Assembly: GCF_018350175.1 (NCBI RefSeq)
Contig: NC_058370.1
Location: forward strand, 20,894,001 to 20,958,000
Reading direction: 5' to 3'
DNA from: Felis catus
Taxonomy: Eukaryota
DNA length: 64,000 nucleotides
Of the stretch, positions 22,876 through 35,712 are shown one piece after another (the stretch's first letter is position 1; every line of letters starts with the position of its first letter). The position numbers and the translations under genes were made by a program. The notes beneath the pieces are model-generated. The model searched no databases, was not told the DNA's origin, and saw nothing but the letters and a program-made list of their open reading frames with translations.

Positions 22876-25800
22876 AATCTTAATTAAAAACTCTCAACAG
22901 TGAATTCTGTCACAGGCCTTGGCAGCTGGAAGCGACCCCAGGGTCACGCCCCTTTGGGGTGTGGTCGAGCCACGGTCTTGGATCGAGGCCCACCACTGCC
23001 ACGTGGCGAGGAACTACCCGGAAGTTACTTCAATACAATATCAAAGATCCGCGAGGATTTTTTTTTAAAAAAAGTTTTAAATATATTAGACTCTCTTGAT
23101 TGCCATTTTTTACACAAAGCTGCTGATACAGTATACAGAGTTTTAACGTTTTTTCACATAAAATACATTTTTCTTCAGTGTTCTCTGTACATCAGTGGCT
23201 TCTGGTCTGGTGAATTATTGCGGAGGGCTGGGTGTCTGCAGACTTTTCCTCGGTGCACAGAGCCAGGCCCCGCACTGTGGCACTTGCAATGTTCACGGGA
23301 AGCAGGCCCTCTGGCCAACTGGCCAACAAGAGACTCCTATCAAGGAGAGGTCTACAGCTTCTGGCAAAGGGGGTCACTTCTGGAGAGTCAACCACTGACC
23401 GCATGACCCTTCGCTCTTACATGCACTGGGATGGCGGAGGTTGTCCCCAGGCTACAATAGCAAGAGTTAAATGCAGTCCCTCTGAGCATCTTGTAAAAAC
23501 TGCCCTTCTGGAAAGTGCCCCAGTAAAACCTACTCTGGGAAGGCAAGTGGGAGAGAGAGCTCAACACCAAAGGGTATCTGGTACCAATTGCCAAAAACGG
23601 TCTCGTTATTACAGAGCCAGCGAACCATGGCGGTGTAGAACAGGGTTGCCCCCTGGTTTGCTTTCCTAAGCCCACTGACCCTGATCCAACAGTGTGGAGC
23701 AGTTCAATCGCAGCTGCATATTTGGTGGAGAATTACATCCTGAACCCGGGTCTAAGGTTTACTCCACTCCCCTGAGCTCCTGGCCAGGAACTATCTGGTG
23801 ATAGCCACAGTTTTCAGTGGTCCGGGGGCACAGGGTGGGAGCAAAGGCCAGAGCTCACAGTGAGCCACGTGGCACGTGATATGTGAGTAGCCTCCTTTAA
23901 TCAGCCAGGGACTACCACCGGACCTGGGGCTCAGGAGTGGGCTGAGCATCTGGTATACCTCGCTAGCGTTCTCCCCGCTCCTTGATCCACACCTGCCAGG
24001 AGGAGGCAGATGCATGAGGAAAGGCTTCAGTGTTAAAGGAGAAGTTCCTCACCTCCCATTATCCATTGGTGGGGCAGGGGGACTCCATAACAAAGGAGCA
24101 CAAATGAGCAAGAGACAGTGAGTTTCAGAACCCGAGGTGCAAGAGGCAGCAAATTCCAGACTCTCTGTTCTTCCACATACTGACCTCAAATCTGCCAGTC
24201 TACGATGCCCCAAAGATGCCGGCCTGAAGGCAGCTCTCCCTGAAAGTCCCAGACAGACTTGGAATGCTGTCTCCATGGAACTCAAGAGCCAGCATCTGCG
24301 TTTAGTGGCAAATGTTATCCGGGGATGGCCAGGACGGCAGTTTCGCTGCTGATGGGTTTCCCACTCTAGGGACTCCAGAGCTAGAAACCAAGGTGAAGCT
24401 ACACGGGGATGCTGTCCCTCTGTCTCGGGTGAACTTCAGAGGGGCTCCTGAGACCTCAAGGTATCAGATGCTGGTCGTCAAGGGATAAAAACTGTAAAAC
24501 GAAGTCTCCTCGCCTTGTCTTGTTCCTCCTTTACCCCCAGAGCCTAACCTAGTGCCTGGTATGTCTCAGCTACTCAATAAACGACAGGAGCGAATAAATG
24601 AATGACCCTGACCCCGCCTTGTCCCTCAACACCACGGAGACCCGTAGGTTGAGTTCCCAAGTACTCGAAGCCCTAACAAGGAACGGCTTACCCAGACTGA
24701 AAACAAGAGCTAAAATGCCCATGAGTCTGCGCTTGGCTGCTGTCGGGGAATCAGCTGGGATTCCGGGCCTTCTTTCCAGCTGGGAGAGGAGTGGCCCAGG
24801 AGGCAGGAAGTGAGGGGAAAGAGGGAGCGGCCAGAAGGGCTCGGAGTGGGCCACGAATGCCTTCAGTCTCTTGGCCCCTGAGCCAGCAGATCCGAAAACA
24901 TGCACAGCCCTCTCCTGGGAGGGTGTGGCTTCCCTTGGCATTCTTCGGCTTGCAGCTTAAGTTGGCTCAAAAGGAGTTCAGGGTCAGTCTAATCTGAACA
25001 CTGTTTTAAAGTCAAAGGTATGTGTGTTCTGATCATTCTTGCCCCGCTCCAGCCATGGGCTGACGTGACGGAGAGACCGCCGCAGAGGCCAGGGGCCCGG
25101 GAGGCATCACACATCCCCGCCTGCAGTCTCCTGAGCTGCCCCTCCACCCTCCGCTGGATCTGCCCTGGACTTGGGGTGGGGCTGGCCTGCTGCTGTGACC
25201 CTCCCTGCTCCCAGGAGCCACCAGGTGCACAGTGACTCCACTGAGCCCTCTGCTCTCTGGTCCAGCTGCCCTGCTCCTGGAAAAGCATCAGCCAGGCCCC
25301 TGGGATCCAGCTCCCTCTCTGGGCTATGGGGCCATGGAGGCCACAGTGGGGACTGGGGCTGATAAACAGCAGACCCCCTTACTGGAATTGTGGCACAGGG
25401 GGGCTCCTCCAGCCCCGGCTCCCTGGCCCAGGGGCCCCTCAGGGAGAATTTCTCATAGGCTCAGAAAGAAGTTTAAAGGGAACCCAGATTCGTCCCCCAA
25501 ATCCCAGAATTTGGACCTAGGGAGCCCCTTCAGAGCTCTAAGGAGGTAGTTGTAGGATAAATAAAAGGCGCACAGAGCAGGGAACAAACCTGCGGCTTAT
25601 GAAGTACACCAGTAGGTTTTGGCTGAGCCTGTGAACAGTACCCAACTCGTGGGCAGCAATTTCAAAGGGGCTCTTGAGAAAATGCAGTCGAGAGACGGTG
25701 GGCAGCTTGGTTTTCCCTCCCCAGCATCAGGGAGATCAGGGCTTTGAGACTGTTGGGCTGCAGTGAGGCCCCTCTCTAGCCCCATCACCGCTGTCCTGAA

Positions 25801-27173
25801 TGCAATGCAGGGTGTTGGCCATGGGCGCCTTGGATTTGCAGCCCTGGGATGTCACCACTCCCACGAGAGCAGGCTGGGAGACCCTGGGCCAAGCAGGACC
25901 TCACAAGGGCCAACTGGAAAACTTGTCTCAACGAGCATTTCAGAAAAGGCAAATCTGGGCTGGGGGTCCTGGGCATTTACCCCAGGAGGGGTGGGGGCTC
26001 CCAGCAGTTTCTCACTGTTCACTCCGATGGCTCACTCAGCCTGAGGGAGTCTGGCTGACAGAGGCTGGACCGAAATCACCTGGATATTCACAAAGATTGG
26101 CCAGGGCACTGGGCTCTCTCAGGTCACCAGAGAGGGTTGGAGAAATTAACACCACAAACTCACTCCTCGCCCTGGAAAGCCCTTGCAACCGAAGCTCCTC
26201 ACTTAGCTTCATTCTTCCAACACCAGTCAGTAAAACCCAGTGAGCATGATGCTGTCCACGAAAGAAAGCAAGAAAGCAAATTCAGTTCTCTCCCACCTGT
26301 AGTCTTACAGCCTAAAAGAATCCTTTTATCCAATGCACTTTCGGAAACACTAACCTTATTCCCCCTCGCCTCCAATTTTTGACACTTCCGTCCAAAAGTA
26401 AAATAGGATTTGGACTATCCCAGGCATGGAATATCCCAGGAATTAGCCTGGTTTTCTACCTCGGCCTCTGGGTGGTCACACAGCTGGCCTCCGGCATGGG
26501 CAAGGCTGTGGGGAGAAGGCCATTGCCCGTCTCATTGACCCCACGTGGGTTCAGAGCTTCCTCTGAACAAAGAGTGGACCTCCTCTCCTGCTAGATGTGG
26601 ATGGTAGCCCAGGCCCCCCCCCCCGACGTGACCCTGGGCAGGACCGTGGGTCTCAGCTTCACAGCCCCCCTCCCCTACTAAAGCCACGTTGGCAGTGGTG
26701 ATGAAACGGAGTCTTAGCCTCAATCCTCTTGGGAAGAACCCACAAATTCTCAGTCCCACCTGCTTCCCATGAGCCCAGCTGTGTCATTCCTACACAGGGT
26801 TGAGCGTGTGTGTGTGTGTGTGTGCGCGTGCACGTGCGCACCGATATGGGATATGCGAGTCCCGGTCCAGAGAAGCCTTAACCGACAACAGAACTGGAAT
26901 GGAATCCCAGCGCCCCCGCCCCAAAATCTGACAGCGGGGTGAGTCAGGAAGCCACGATGGGGCCTTGTTTCTGACGGCAGACAATGCAGCAGGAAGCAGA
27001 GCCGTGGGAAGTGGTGATGCTATGGGCCGCTGGGTGAGAGGTGGGCTCAGCTCTGGAAAGCAAAGCCCACCTCCCCGCAAGCTGCCCTCTGATGTCTCCC
27101 CAGCCAGGGCTGCCGGGTGGGTGGATTCCAGAGACCCCTCCCCGAAGCATCTCTCTCCTCCATCACACAGAGA
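22850..27173 (-). other. PPP1R16B: PPP1R16B long 3' UTR (~4.3 kb)
   Basis: Runs from the stop codon to the inferred poly(A) site and contains no SINEC. The distal end is inferred. Confidence 0.65.
26804..26841. repeat. Alternating purine-pyrimidine tract (TG)n-GCGCGTGCACGTGCGCAC
   Basis: Read directly; lies in the PPP1R16B 3' UTR. Confidence 0.9.
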
Positions 27174-27683
27174 CTAGGAGATGCGGCAGCAGCCGTGGAC
27201 CTTCTCCTCCATCTCCTCCATGGGGGCCTTGAACTTCAAGAGCGGGGGATCTCCGCTGGTGACCGTGTAATAGACCGAGGTTCCATTGCTGCTGTAGGGT
27301 GAAGTTCTGCCTCCGATCAAGGGGGCCTTGCCTTCGCTGCTGCTCTCGCCCGTCCTGCCCATGCTGCTGCCCAGGTGAGTGCTCAGGAAAGGGTGGCTGA
27401 GCAGCTTGGCCGCAGCCCGCTGCCGCTTCAGCTCCAGAAGCGTCTGGGGACTCTGTTCCTTGTAGCCACTCCAGGGCGAGGTGGCATCGGCCACGCCGGG
27501 GCTGCCATAGGCCATGTTGTAGTCAGGCACCTCGTGCACTTTCCAGACATCCCCGTTGGACAGTGCATACTGGTAGGTGCTGACTGGAGCCCGGAGGCCA
27601 TTCTCAACAGGCCCGTCCATTTCACTTCGTGGGATCTTGGTAGAAAACTCGGAGAGCAGCACGGGCTTCTCCAGCCGGGGGTT
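27174..27683 (-). CDS. PPP1R16B: PPP1R16B (TIMAP) last coding exon 11 (NPRLEKPVLL...KVHGCCRIS*)
   Basis: Acceptor cctcag|AAC, 510 nt, TAG at 27174-27176. Ends in the CaaX box CRIS with an adjacent Cys. Confidence 0.97.
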   Translation of the reverse strand, partial: NPRLEKPVLLSEFSTKIPRSEMDGPVENGLRAPVSTYQYALSNGDVWKVHEVPDYNMAYGSPGVADATSPWSGYKEQSPQTLLELKRQRAAAKLLSHPFLSTHLGSSMGRTGESSSEGKAPLIGGRTSPYSSNGTSVYYTVTSGDPPLLKFKAPMEEMEEKVHGCCRIS

Positions 27684-28510
27684 CTGAGGGGGAGAAGGAC
27701 AACGTTACCAGCCGGGTAGAGGATCCAAACCCACTCCCTGCTTGCACCTCTGCTGAGGGCCTTATTGCCTGGACCTGTCCTCGCTCCATGTTCCCAACCG
27801 AGCTCACAGGACCTCCGTTCTGCTTCAGGGGACTCGCCGACCTATGCGTTTTGACAGAGCTGGCCAACCCCCATCCTTGCCGTGAGGACTGGACCATGAC
27901 CCCAGGCATGGCCAGTCGGCAGATTCACTGCAGGAATTGGTTCTCGGCTGAAACTGGTTGCACAAAACTCATCCCTGGGATCTGTGTCAGAACAACTGGG
28001 AAACAGAAGTTCTGTTTATGCAGAACTCGAGGGTGGCCACAGTGCTGGAAGCTGGGGGCCTGGGGGAGACGGCATGTCAAAGGGTCCACTCGACAGTGCC
28101 GCTGACATAAAGGGAGGCTGAAGGGGTGCACCTTGAGCCCCAGTGTCCAGTCGGCCCCAGACTTTGCGGTGACACGAGCCGATAAATTCTTGTTTTGTGT
28201 AAGCCATTTCTAGCTGAGTTTTTGGTCACTTGTCATCTTCCTTCTGTATTCCCAGCAAGTATCCACTCCAAACAGCAGAAATTCTAACCCAGAAACCCCT
28301 GGATAGCGAGAGCTTTGAAAGAAGCTGCTGCCTATAAACTAGAAACTAAAAGGTGGCTGTATTTGGTGACCAAAAAAGCAGAGCAAAACTCACCATAAAT
28401 AAAGTCAAAAGGCACATAAAAATATTTGCAACGCATATGACAGAAAAGGGTCTAATTTCCCAAATAAATAAGAGCTCTTAAAAGTCCATTTTAAAAAGCC
28501 CAACTACCCA

Positions 28511-28674
28511 GGGGCACCTGGGTGGCTCCGCTGGTTAAGCGTCCGACTCTTGATTCCGGCTCAGGTCATGATCTCATAGTTTGTGAGTTCAAGCCTTGCA
28601 TCTGCTGTCAGGGCACAGCCTGCTTGGGATTCTGCCTCCTCTCTCTCTCTTTTTTTTTGATTTTTTTAAAATGT

Positions 28675-28711
<37 letters not shown>

Positions 28712-29220
28712 ATTTTTTTTTCAACGTTTATTTATTTTTGGGACAGAGAGAGACAGAGCATGAACGGGGGAGGGTCAGAGAGAGGGAGACACAGAATCCG
28801 AAACAGGCTCCAGGCTCTGAGCCATCAGCCCAGAGCCCGACGCGGGGCTCAAACTCACGGACCGTGAGATCGTGACCTGGCTGAAGTCGGACGCTCAACC
28901 GACTGCGCCACCCAGGCGCCCCTGTTTATTTATTTTTGAGACAGAGAGAGACAGAGCATGAACAGGGGAGGGGCAGAGAGAGAGGGAGACACAGAATCGG
29001 AAGCAGGCTCCAGGCTCTGAGCCATCAGCCCAGAGCCCGGCGCAGGGCTCGAACTCACGGACCGCGAGATCGTGACCTGAGCTGAAGTCGGACGCTTAAC
29101 CGACTGAGCCACCCAGGCGCCCCTCTCTCTCTCTCTCTCTCAATGACCCTCCCCACTTGCTATCTATCTCTCTCTCAAAATAAATAAAAACTTTTAAAAA
29201 CTTTAAAAATTGAAAAAAAT
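28511..29220. mobile_element. Triple-nested SINEC cluster
   Basis: Outer + element (28511-28650 and 29124-29220); middle - element (head at 29123); inner young - element (head at 28922). Confidence 0.88.
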
Positions 29221-29400
29221 ATATATATATAAGGCCAATTACCCAACAGAAAAACAACAACAAAGGACGCTAATGTGCAGCTCCCAACAATAATAATAAT
29301 ATTCATAGCATATAAACACAGGAGACAATATTCAGTCTCACTAACAACTAATGACATAAAAATAAAAGCAACAGAATATTTTTACCTATCACATTAACAA

Positions 29401-29662
29401 ATTTTTTTTTAATTTTTTTTAACGTTTATTTATTTATTTTTTTTTAATTTTTTTTTTCAACGTTTATTTTATTTTTGGGACAGAGAGAGACAGAGCATGA
29501 ACAGGGGAGGGGCAGAGAGAGAGGGAGACACAGAATCGGAAGCAGGCTCCAGGCTCCGAGCCATCAACCCAGAGCCCGACACGGGGCTCGAACTCACGGA
29601 CCGCGAGATCGTGACCTGAGTTGAAGTCGGATGCTTAACCGACTGAGCCACCCAGGCGCACC
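29401..29662 (-). mobile_element. SINEC with duplicated tail
   Basis: One body but two successive tail units (aacgtttatttattt) at ~29421 and ~29459. Confidence 0.85.
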
Positions 29663-30118
29663 AACATATATTTTAAAACTCTGTTATGCCTCAGGGTCGG
29701 CAAGAGTGTGGGAAAACTGGCAGGTATATAAACTCTGCCACCACACCTCTTTGGGGGATAATATCACATCACCCCCCCCCCACATGCACCCCACCAAAAA
29801 AAATTGGTTTTTAAGGAAGAATGCATACTCTACACCAGCAAGCCCATTTCTAGGACTTTATTTCACAGATGTATGCTCCCTTAGGGGAGAAAAGCCTGGA
29901 AGTCACCATTAGGCAGTGGGGAAATTCTGGCAAGTAGCTGTGCTGGAACGTTCTGCATCTGGTAAAAAGAATGAAGGCAATCTTCATGCGCTGACTTGTG
30001 ATTCCAAGAATTTCCATTTCTTGGAAAGACCTCCAAGAAATATACAATTGGGCTAAATCATGGTAAGGGGAGGGGCCCTTTCTACAGTCAGCTTCCATGT
30101 ATGTGTGTATATTCTTTT

Positions 30119-30338
30119 TTTTTAAATTTTTTTTTCAACGTTTATTTATTTTTGGGACAGAGAGAGACAGAGCATGAACGGGGAAGGGGCAGACAGAGAG
30201 GGAGACACAGAATCGGAAACAGGCTCCAGGCTCTGAGCCATCAGCCCAGAGCCTGACGCGGGGCTCGAACTCACAGACCGCGAGATCGTGACCTGGCTGA
30301 AGTCGGACGCTTAACCGACTGCGCCACCCAGGCGCCCC
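30119..30338 (-). mobile_element. Young SINEC_Fc
   Basis: TSD TGTGTATATTCTTTT (from 30104 and from 30339). Confidence 0.93.
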
Positions 30339-30516
30339 TGTGTATATTCTTTTTGTTTTTAACGGCTCCTTCCGAGCTACACAGGCAGATTGAAGCCACA
30401 TTTGAGGCGTGTTTTTTTTTTTTTTTTTTTTTTTTTTTTGCAGCTTGAATTTTTGTATCTATTTTCTTTGCTTCCGGAATGGTCCTGGAAAAAGACCATT
30501 CTTCATTGTCTAAATA

Positions 30517-31530
30517 AGTGCTTCTCTAACTTCATGTGCATATGAGTCACCTGGGGCTCTTGTTAAAATGCACATGCTGAGTCACCAGATCCGGGTTGGG
30601 ACTTGAATTTCAGCATTTTTCTAAGAAAATTCCAGACTGACGCTTTGAGTAGCAGGGATCTAAAACCAGGATGCACAATGGCATCACCTGGGGAGTTAAA
30701 AACACATATCCATGCCAACCTGAAAAGGCTACATAGTGTGATTCCAACTTTATGACATTCTGGAAAAGGCAAAACCACGGAGATGGTAAAAAGATCAGTG
30801 GTCGCCAGGGGGTTGGGGAGGGATGAACAGGTACACCAGGGATTTTTAGGGCAGTGAAAGTATTCTGTATAAAAGTTTAACGATGGATATGTGACATTAC
30901 ACATTTGTCAAAATCCACAGAATGTACAACATCCAGAGTAAACCCTAACATAAACAATAGACTTCAGCTAATCATCATATATCCATATTGGCTCATCAAT
31001 GATAACGTACCTACTACACTAATATAAGATGTTAATACCAGTGGATATCGGGGGACATGATGAGGGGTGTGTGTGGAAACTTTATGTACTTTCTACATAT
31101 GTTTTCTATAAACTACAACTGCTCCAAAAAATCAAGCCTATTACTTTCTTTTTAAATACATCAGTACAGGGGCGCCAGGGTGGCTCAGTCAGTTGAGCGT
31201 CAGACTTCTGCTCCGTTCAGGATCTCACAGTTTGTGAGGTTGAGCCCCACGTCGGGTTCTGTGCTGACAGCTCAGAGCCTGAAGCCTGCTTCAGATTCTG
31301 TGTCTTCTGTCTCTGCCCCTCCCATGCCCATACTCTGTCCCTCTCTGGGTCTCTCAATAATAAATAAACATTAAAAAAAATTTTAAATACATCAATACAA
31401 TGCCTGGACACCAGTCCCAAAGATTCAGAGTTCATTTGTCTGGGTTGCAACCTAGACATCAGAATTTTTTGAAAACAAACCCAAAAACACCGCCCCAGGT
31501 GATTTTCTCGTACAGTTAAGTTTGTGAACT
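30517..31530. mobile_element. MER5-like fragments, L1MC-like 3' end (~30710-31145) and a + SINEC (31169-31385)
   Basis: MER5 motif gagtcacctgggg...ttgttaaaatgca; L1 motif gggatttttagggcagtgaaa...gtaaaccctaa; SINE TSD taaatacatca. Confidence 0.7.
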
Positions 31531-31689
31531 ACTGGTTAAGAGATGGGATTGTCCCATCACTCCTGAGTTCCAGGGATTCAGCTCTGCCAAAAGCGTGTGC
31601 CAAAGCCAGCCCTGGGGGTTAACCGGATAGAGTCTTGGCAGAAACCTGACTTGCGGGTCAAGCTGAGCAAATACTCCCCCCCCCCAGAT

Positions 31690-32110
31690 GCATGGTCCTC
31701 AAACTCTTGTGTGCCCCAGAATCCCCTGGAGGCCTGGTGAAAACACAGATTGCTAGTTAAACCCAGAGCCCAGTGTTTATGATTCAGTACCTCTGGGGCG
31801 AGGCCAGAGAATTTGCATTTCTAAATTTTTTTTTAATGTTTATTTATTTTTTGAGAGAGATACAAACAGAACACGAGCTGAGGAGGTGCAGAGAGGGAGG
31901 GAGACACAGAATGGGAAGCAGGCTCCAGGCTCTGAGCTGTCAGCACAGAGCCCGACGTGGGGCTCGAGTTCACAGACTGCAAGATGGTGACCTGAGCCGA
32001 AGTCAGATGCTTAACTGACTGAGCCAGCCAGGCGCCCCTGGGAATCTGTATTTCCAACAAGTTCCCAGGTGATGCCGCTGCTGCTGGTCCAGGGACCACA
32101 CTTGGAGAAT
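31690..32110. mobile_element. MER5A-like DNA transposon split by a minus-strand SINEC (~31825-32038)
   Basis: cagaatcccctggaggcctggtgaaaacacagattgct ... aacaagttcccaggtgatgc...gggaccacacttggagaa flank the SINE. Confidence 0.75.
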
Positions 32111-32827
32111 GTCTATCTTAGAGACCATCACAGCCCTGTCAGTACCTACAGCCTTGAAAGGGGGAGGTAAGAAAAAGGAAGGAGCTGCGGGCTTTGTAGC
32201 TGTGCCCTGCCATCTCCTTGGTTTACCCCGGGGGCTGGGACTGATATCTGGGGCCCTGGACCCTGACAGCTGCCCTTGACGCTGGATGGCTGGGCAACTG
32301 GCGGGAAGACAGCCATCTTCGGAATGGTCTCTTTCCAGGACCATTCTGGAAGTGAAGAAAACAAATACAAAAATTCAAGCTGCCATCTCTCCCCAGGCCT
32401 GAAACCCCAGCCCCAGAGGCAAAATGGCCCATTCTTTTGCCTTCAACAAACCCCTAAATAAACTGCAGTCTGACGAGGAAGCCGTAGAAATTATCAACAG
32501 ACTCCGGGCCACCCCCCTCCCACCCTAATTCCCTGCAGGGCTAATGATTTACCCGGCTCCACGCCAACTGAGCACTTGTGGCAGAGTCCCTGGCCTGGGA
32601 GATCTGAACAAACACAGTAGGTGTGAAGGAGGAGCTGCTTCCATGAGGATTTAAGAATCTCGGTCTCTCTCCCACCCATCAATAAGGAAAAGATAAGCAG
32701 CCCAACAAAAAGGGGCAGAAGAACAGACGTGGCACAAAAAAAAAAAAAAAAAAACAGACGGCCAATAAGCACATGAAAATGTGTTCACCACCAACCACCA
32801 TCAGGCAAATACCAATTTAAAATGCAA

Positions 32828-33173
32828 GGGACGCCTGGGCGGCTCAGTCGGTCAAGCGTCCAACCCTTGATTTCGGCCCAGGTCATGATCCCCTGGTTCG
32901 TGAGTCCAAGCCCCACATCAGGCTCTGCACTGACAGAGTGGAGACTGTTTGGGATTCTCTCTCTGTCTCCCTCTGTCCCTCCCCCACTCTCTGTCTCTCT
33001 CTCTCTCTCTCTCCAACTCTCTCTCTCTCTCAAAATAAACATTTAAAAATGAAATGAAATGAAATAACTAAAATAGAAAATAATGAAATGAAATGAAATG
33101 AAATGAAATGAAATGAAATGAAATGAAATGAAATGAAATGAAATGAAATGAAATAAAATAAAATAAAATAAAA
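32828..33173 (+). mobile_element. SINEC whose tail expanded into a (GAAAT)n/(TAAAA)n microsatellite (~33047-33173)
   Basis: Read directly. Embedded in old L1 3' sequence extending to ~33830. Confidence 0.88.
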
Positions 33174-33842
33174 TGCGAGCTACCACAGTAACCCCACCAG
33201 GATGGCTCGGATGGAAAGGAATGAGTACACCAAGGATTGGCAAGAAGCTCTCACGTTTCTTGAGCCCTGTTGGGAGAGTAGATGGGTATTATCACCCTGG
33301 CAAAGTGCTTGGCGGTATCTTGCGTAGCCTCCCCATGACTCATCCTGCATTTCTGGGTATAGAGCCTACAGAAAATAGTGCTGATGCCCACCAAAAGACT
33401 TGGATGAGAATGTTTTGAGCAGCTTTATTCAAAATAGCCCCAAACTTGAAACAACCCAAAGCAGGAACAACCTGCTCCTCCACCAGCAGGAGAATGGACA
33501 CGTGCGTCGTAGCCTAGCTCAACGACAGAACTTTCCAGAGCAATGAAAACGAATGAACTCTGCTGCTACGTGCCTGTACATGGACGAGTCTCATAGTCAA
33601 GAATGAAGTCAGATACAAAAGACCACCTACTACCTGGATCCATTCGTATGCAGATGTGGACACAAAACTAACCTCTACCGCTCCAAGTTAAGTAGCGTCT
33701 CTCTTTGGGGAGGTGGGGAGGAAGGACCACTGGAAGAGAGAACATGGGAACTTCCTGGGGGTGATGGAAATGTTCTATGCATTCGCCTGAGGGTACGCAT
33801 TTATAAAAGTCCATTGAAAAATCCATTTAAGATTTGTGTACT

Positions 33843-34063
33843 GGGGCATCTGGGTGGCTCAGTCGGTTGAGTGTCCGACTTCGGCTCAGGTCATGATCTC
33901 GCGGTCCGTGAGTTCGAGCCCTGCGTCGGGCTCTGTGCTGACAGCTCAGAGCCTGGAGCCTGCTTCGGGTTCTGTGTCTCCCTCTCTCTCTGACCCTCCT
34001 CCATTCATGCTCTGTCTCTCTCTGTCTCAACAATAAATAAATGTTAAAAAAAATTTAAAAAAA
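33843..34063 (+). mobile_element. SINEC
   Basis: TSD AAGATTTGTGTACT (33829-33842 and 34064-34077). Confidence 0.93.
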
Positions 34064-34554
34064 AAGATTTGTGTACTTTACCGTACATAAATCCAACTCA
34101 CGAAGGAAAAGTAAATAATGTGTAGTGGAAGACATCTGAAATGTGATTTGATTTCAGTCTAGAGCTGTTTTCTCCCCAACCCCCAAGCTTAGGGACCAGG
34201 CAGAACAAAGCCTCCGAGGTGCCCTCTCTGTCCCCAGCCAAGGCTCCAGGGGATTCCCTTCAGTGGGCACCTTCCCCTGCGGGTGAGACAAGGCTGCACG
34301 TGACCTCTCTGCTCCAGCTGGGAAGCAGGGTCCCACTGCAACAGGTGGGCACTCTGGGCAGCTAATCATTTCACATCCCACCAAAGCCACACTGTCTAGA
34401 GATGTGTTCAGCTGCTCATGGTCAGTAGAAGAACCAAAAAAGGCAGACCACTGCTGGGATGGTCAGCCCCTCCCTTTTTTGTCCCCAGCAATTCTTCTCT
34501 GGCCCCAAACTTGCTGGCCCCACGAAGCGAGACAGCAGCCATGCATGGAACCTG

Positions 34555-34980
34555 AGTCCAGGAGTGTCCTCCCAAAAGTCATGGCCAACCCACACCTCCG
34601 AATGTGACCTTAGTTGGAGGTAGGGTCTTTGCAGATGTAATACATTAAAATAAGGTGAAGTCACACTGAGTTAGGCTGGGCCCTAATCCAACAACTGCCG
34701 TCTTTTACGAAGAGAAAACAGAAACACAGACACACACAGGGAAGAAGACCATGTGAAGACAGAAGCAGAGACTGGAGTCATGGAATGCCTGAGCCACCAG
34801 AAGCTAGGAGAGAGGCGTGGAAAGATACCCTTTCAGAACCCCCAGAAGAAACCAACCCCGTGGACACTTTGATAGTAGACTTCTGGCCTCCGGAACCATG
34901 AGAGAATAAATCTCTACTGCTCTGAGCCACCAAGTTGACGGTAATGTGATACATACAGCAATCCTAGGAAACCAACACAG
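34555..34980 (+). mobile_element. MaLR solo LTR (MLT1B/C-like)
   Basis: gtgtcctcccaaaa...gaatgtgacctta...gtctttgcagatgtaat...gagagaataaat...aaccaacaca. Confidence 0.8.
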
Positions 34981-35011
34981 CATCATTCCCTTAAGAAAGT
35001 TGAACGCCCAT

Positions 35012-35215
35012 GGGGCACTTGGGTGGCTCAGTCAGTTAGGCGTCCAGCTTTGGCTTAGGTCACGATCTCACGGTTCGTGAGTTTGAGCCCCGCATTGGGA
35101 TCTCTGCTGTCAGCATAGAGGCCATTTCAGATCCTCTGTCTCCCTCTCTCTCTGCTCCTCCCCTGCTTACTCTCTAGATAGATAGATAGATAGATAGATA
35201 GATACTAAAAAAAAG
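35012..35215 (+). mobile_element. SINEC containing (GATA)n
   Basis: Head, (TAGA)n at ~35175-35204, degenerate TSD aagaaagtt(g/t)aa(c/t)gccca. Confidence 0.88.
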
Positions 35216-35712
35216 AAAGTTTAATGCCCAGACCCCTGGCTACTCCTCGAGCAGGCTTCTTGGAGGTCCTCCCACTACCCTCCTCAGTTTTTCAAAAAAT
35301 GTCTTCCAAACGACGTGTTCTGCAAACACAATGGTCAGCATCTTGTTATTCCCCGCCACGGCCAAAAAGTTTTAGTGCCTTTAGCTCCCAGGGTGGCTGC
35401 TGCACTGAACCTCCCTTCTGGGATGCCCAGAACTAGGTTTGCGGGAGCACAAGCAGGCGCATGGCAGTTACCTCCTGTCTGTTATGAGACCCTACTGTGT
35501 GCCGAAGCTCCTGGCTCTGACTCTCACAACCCCCAGGATCGCCTCATTAACCACAGGAGCCACCAGCATCAGATGGGGTCCTGCTGGTTGAAGGGCACTG
35601 CCCGGCCACCCTCCCTTGGAAGGCCCCGAGAAGAAGAGGCAAGACCGGGCTGGGGTCCTGGCCACCTCCCAAGTCGGGGCTGACACCGAGGCAGGGGCAT
35701 GAAGCCACTCAC

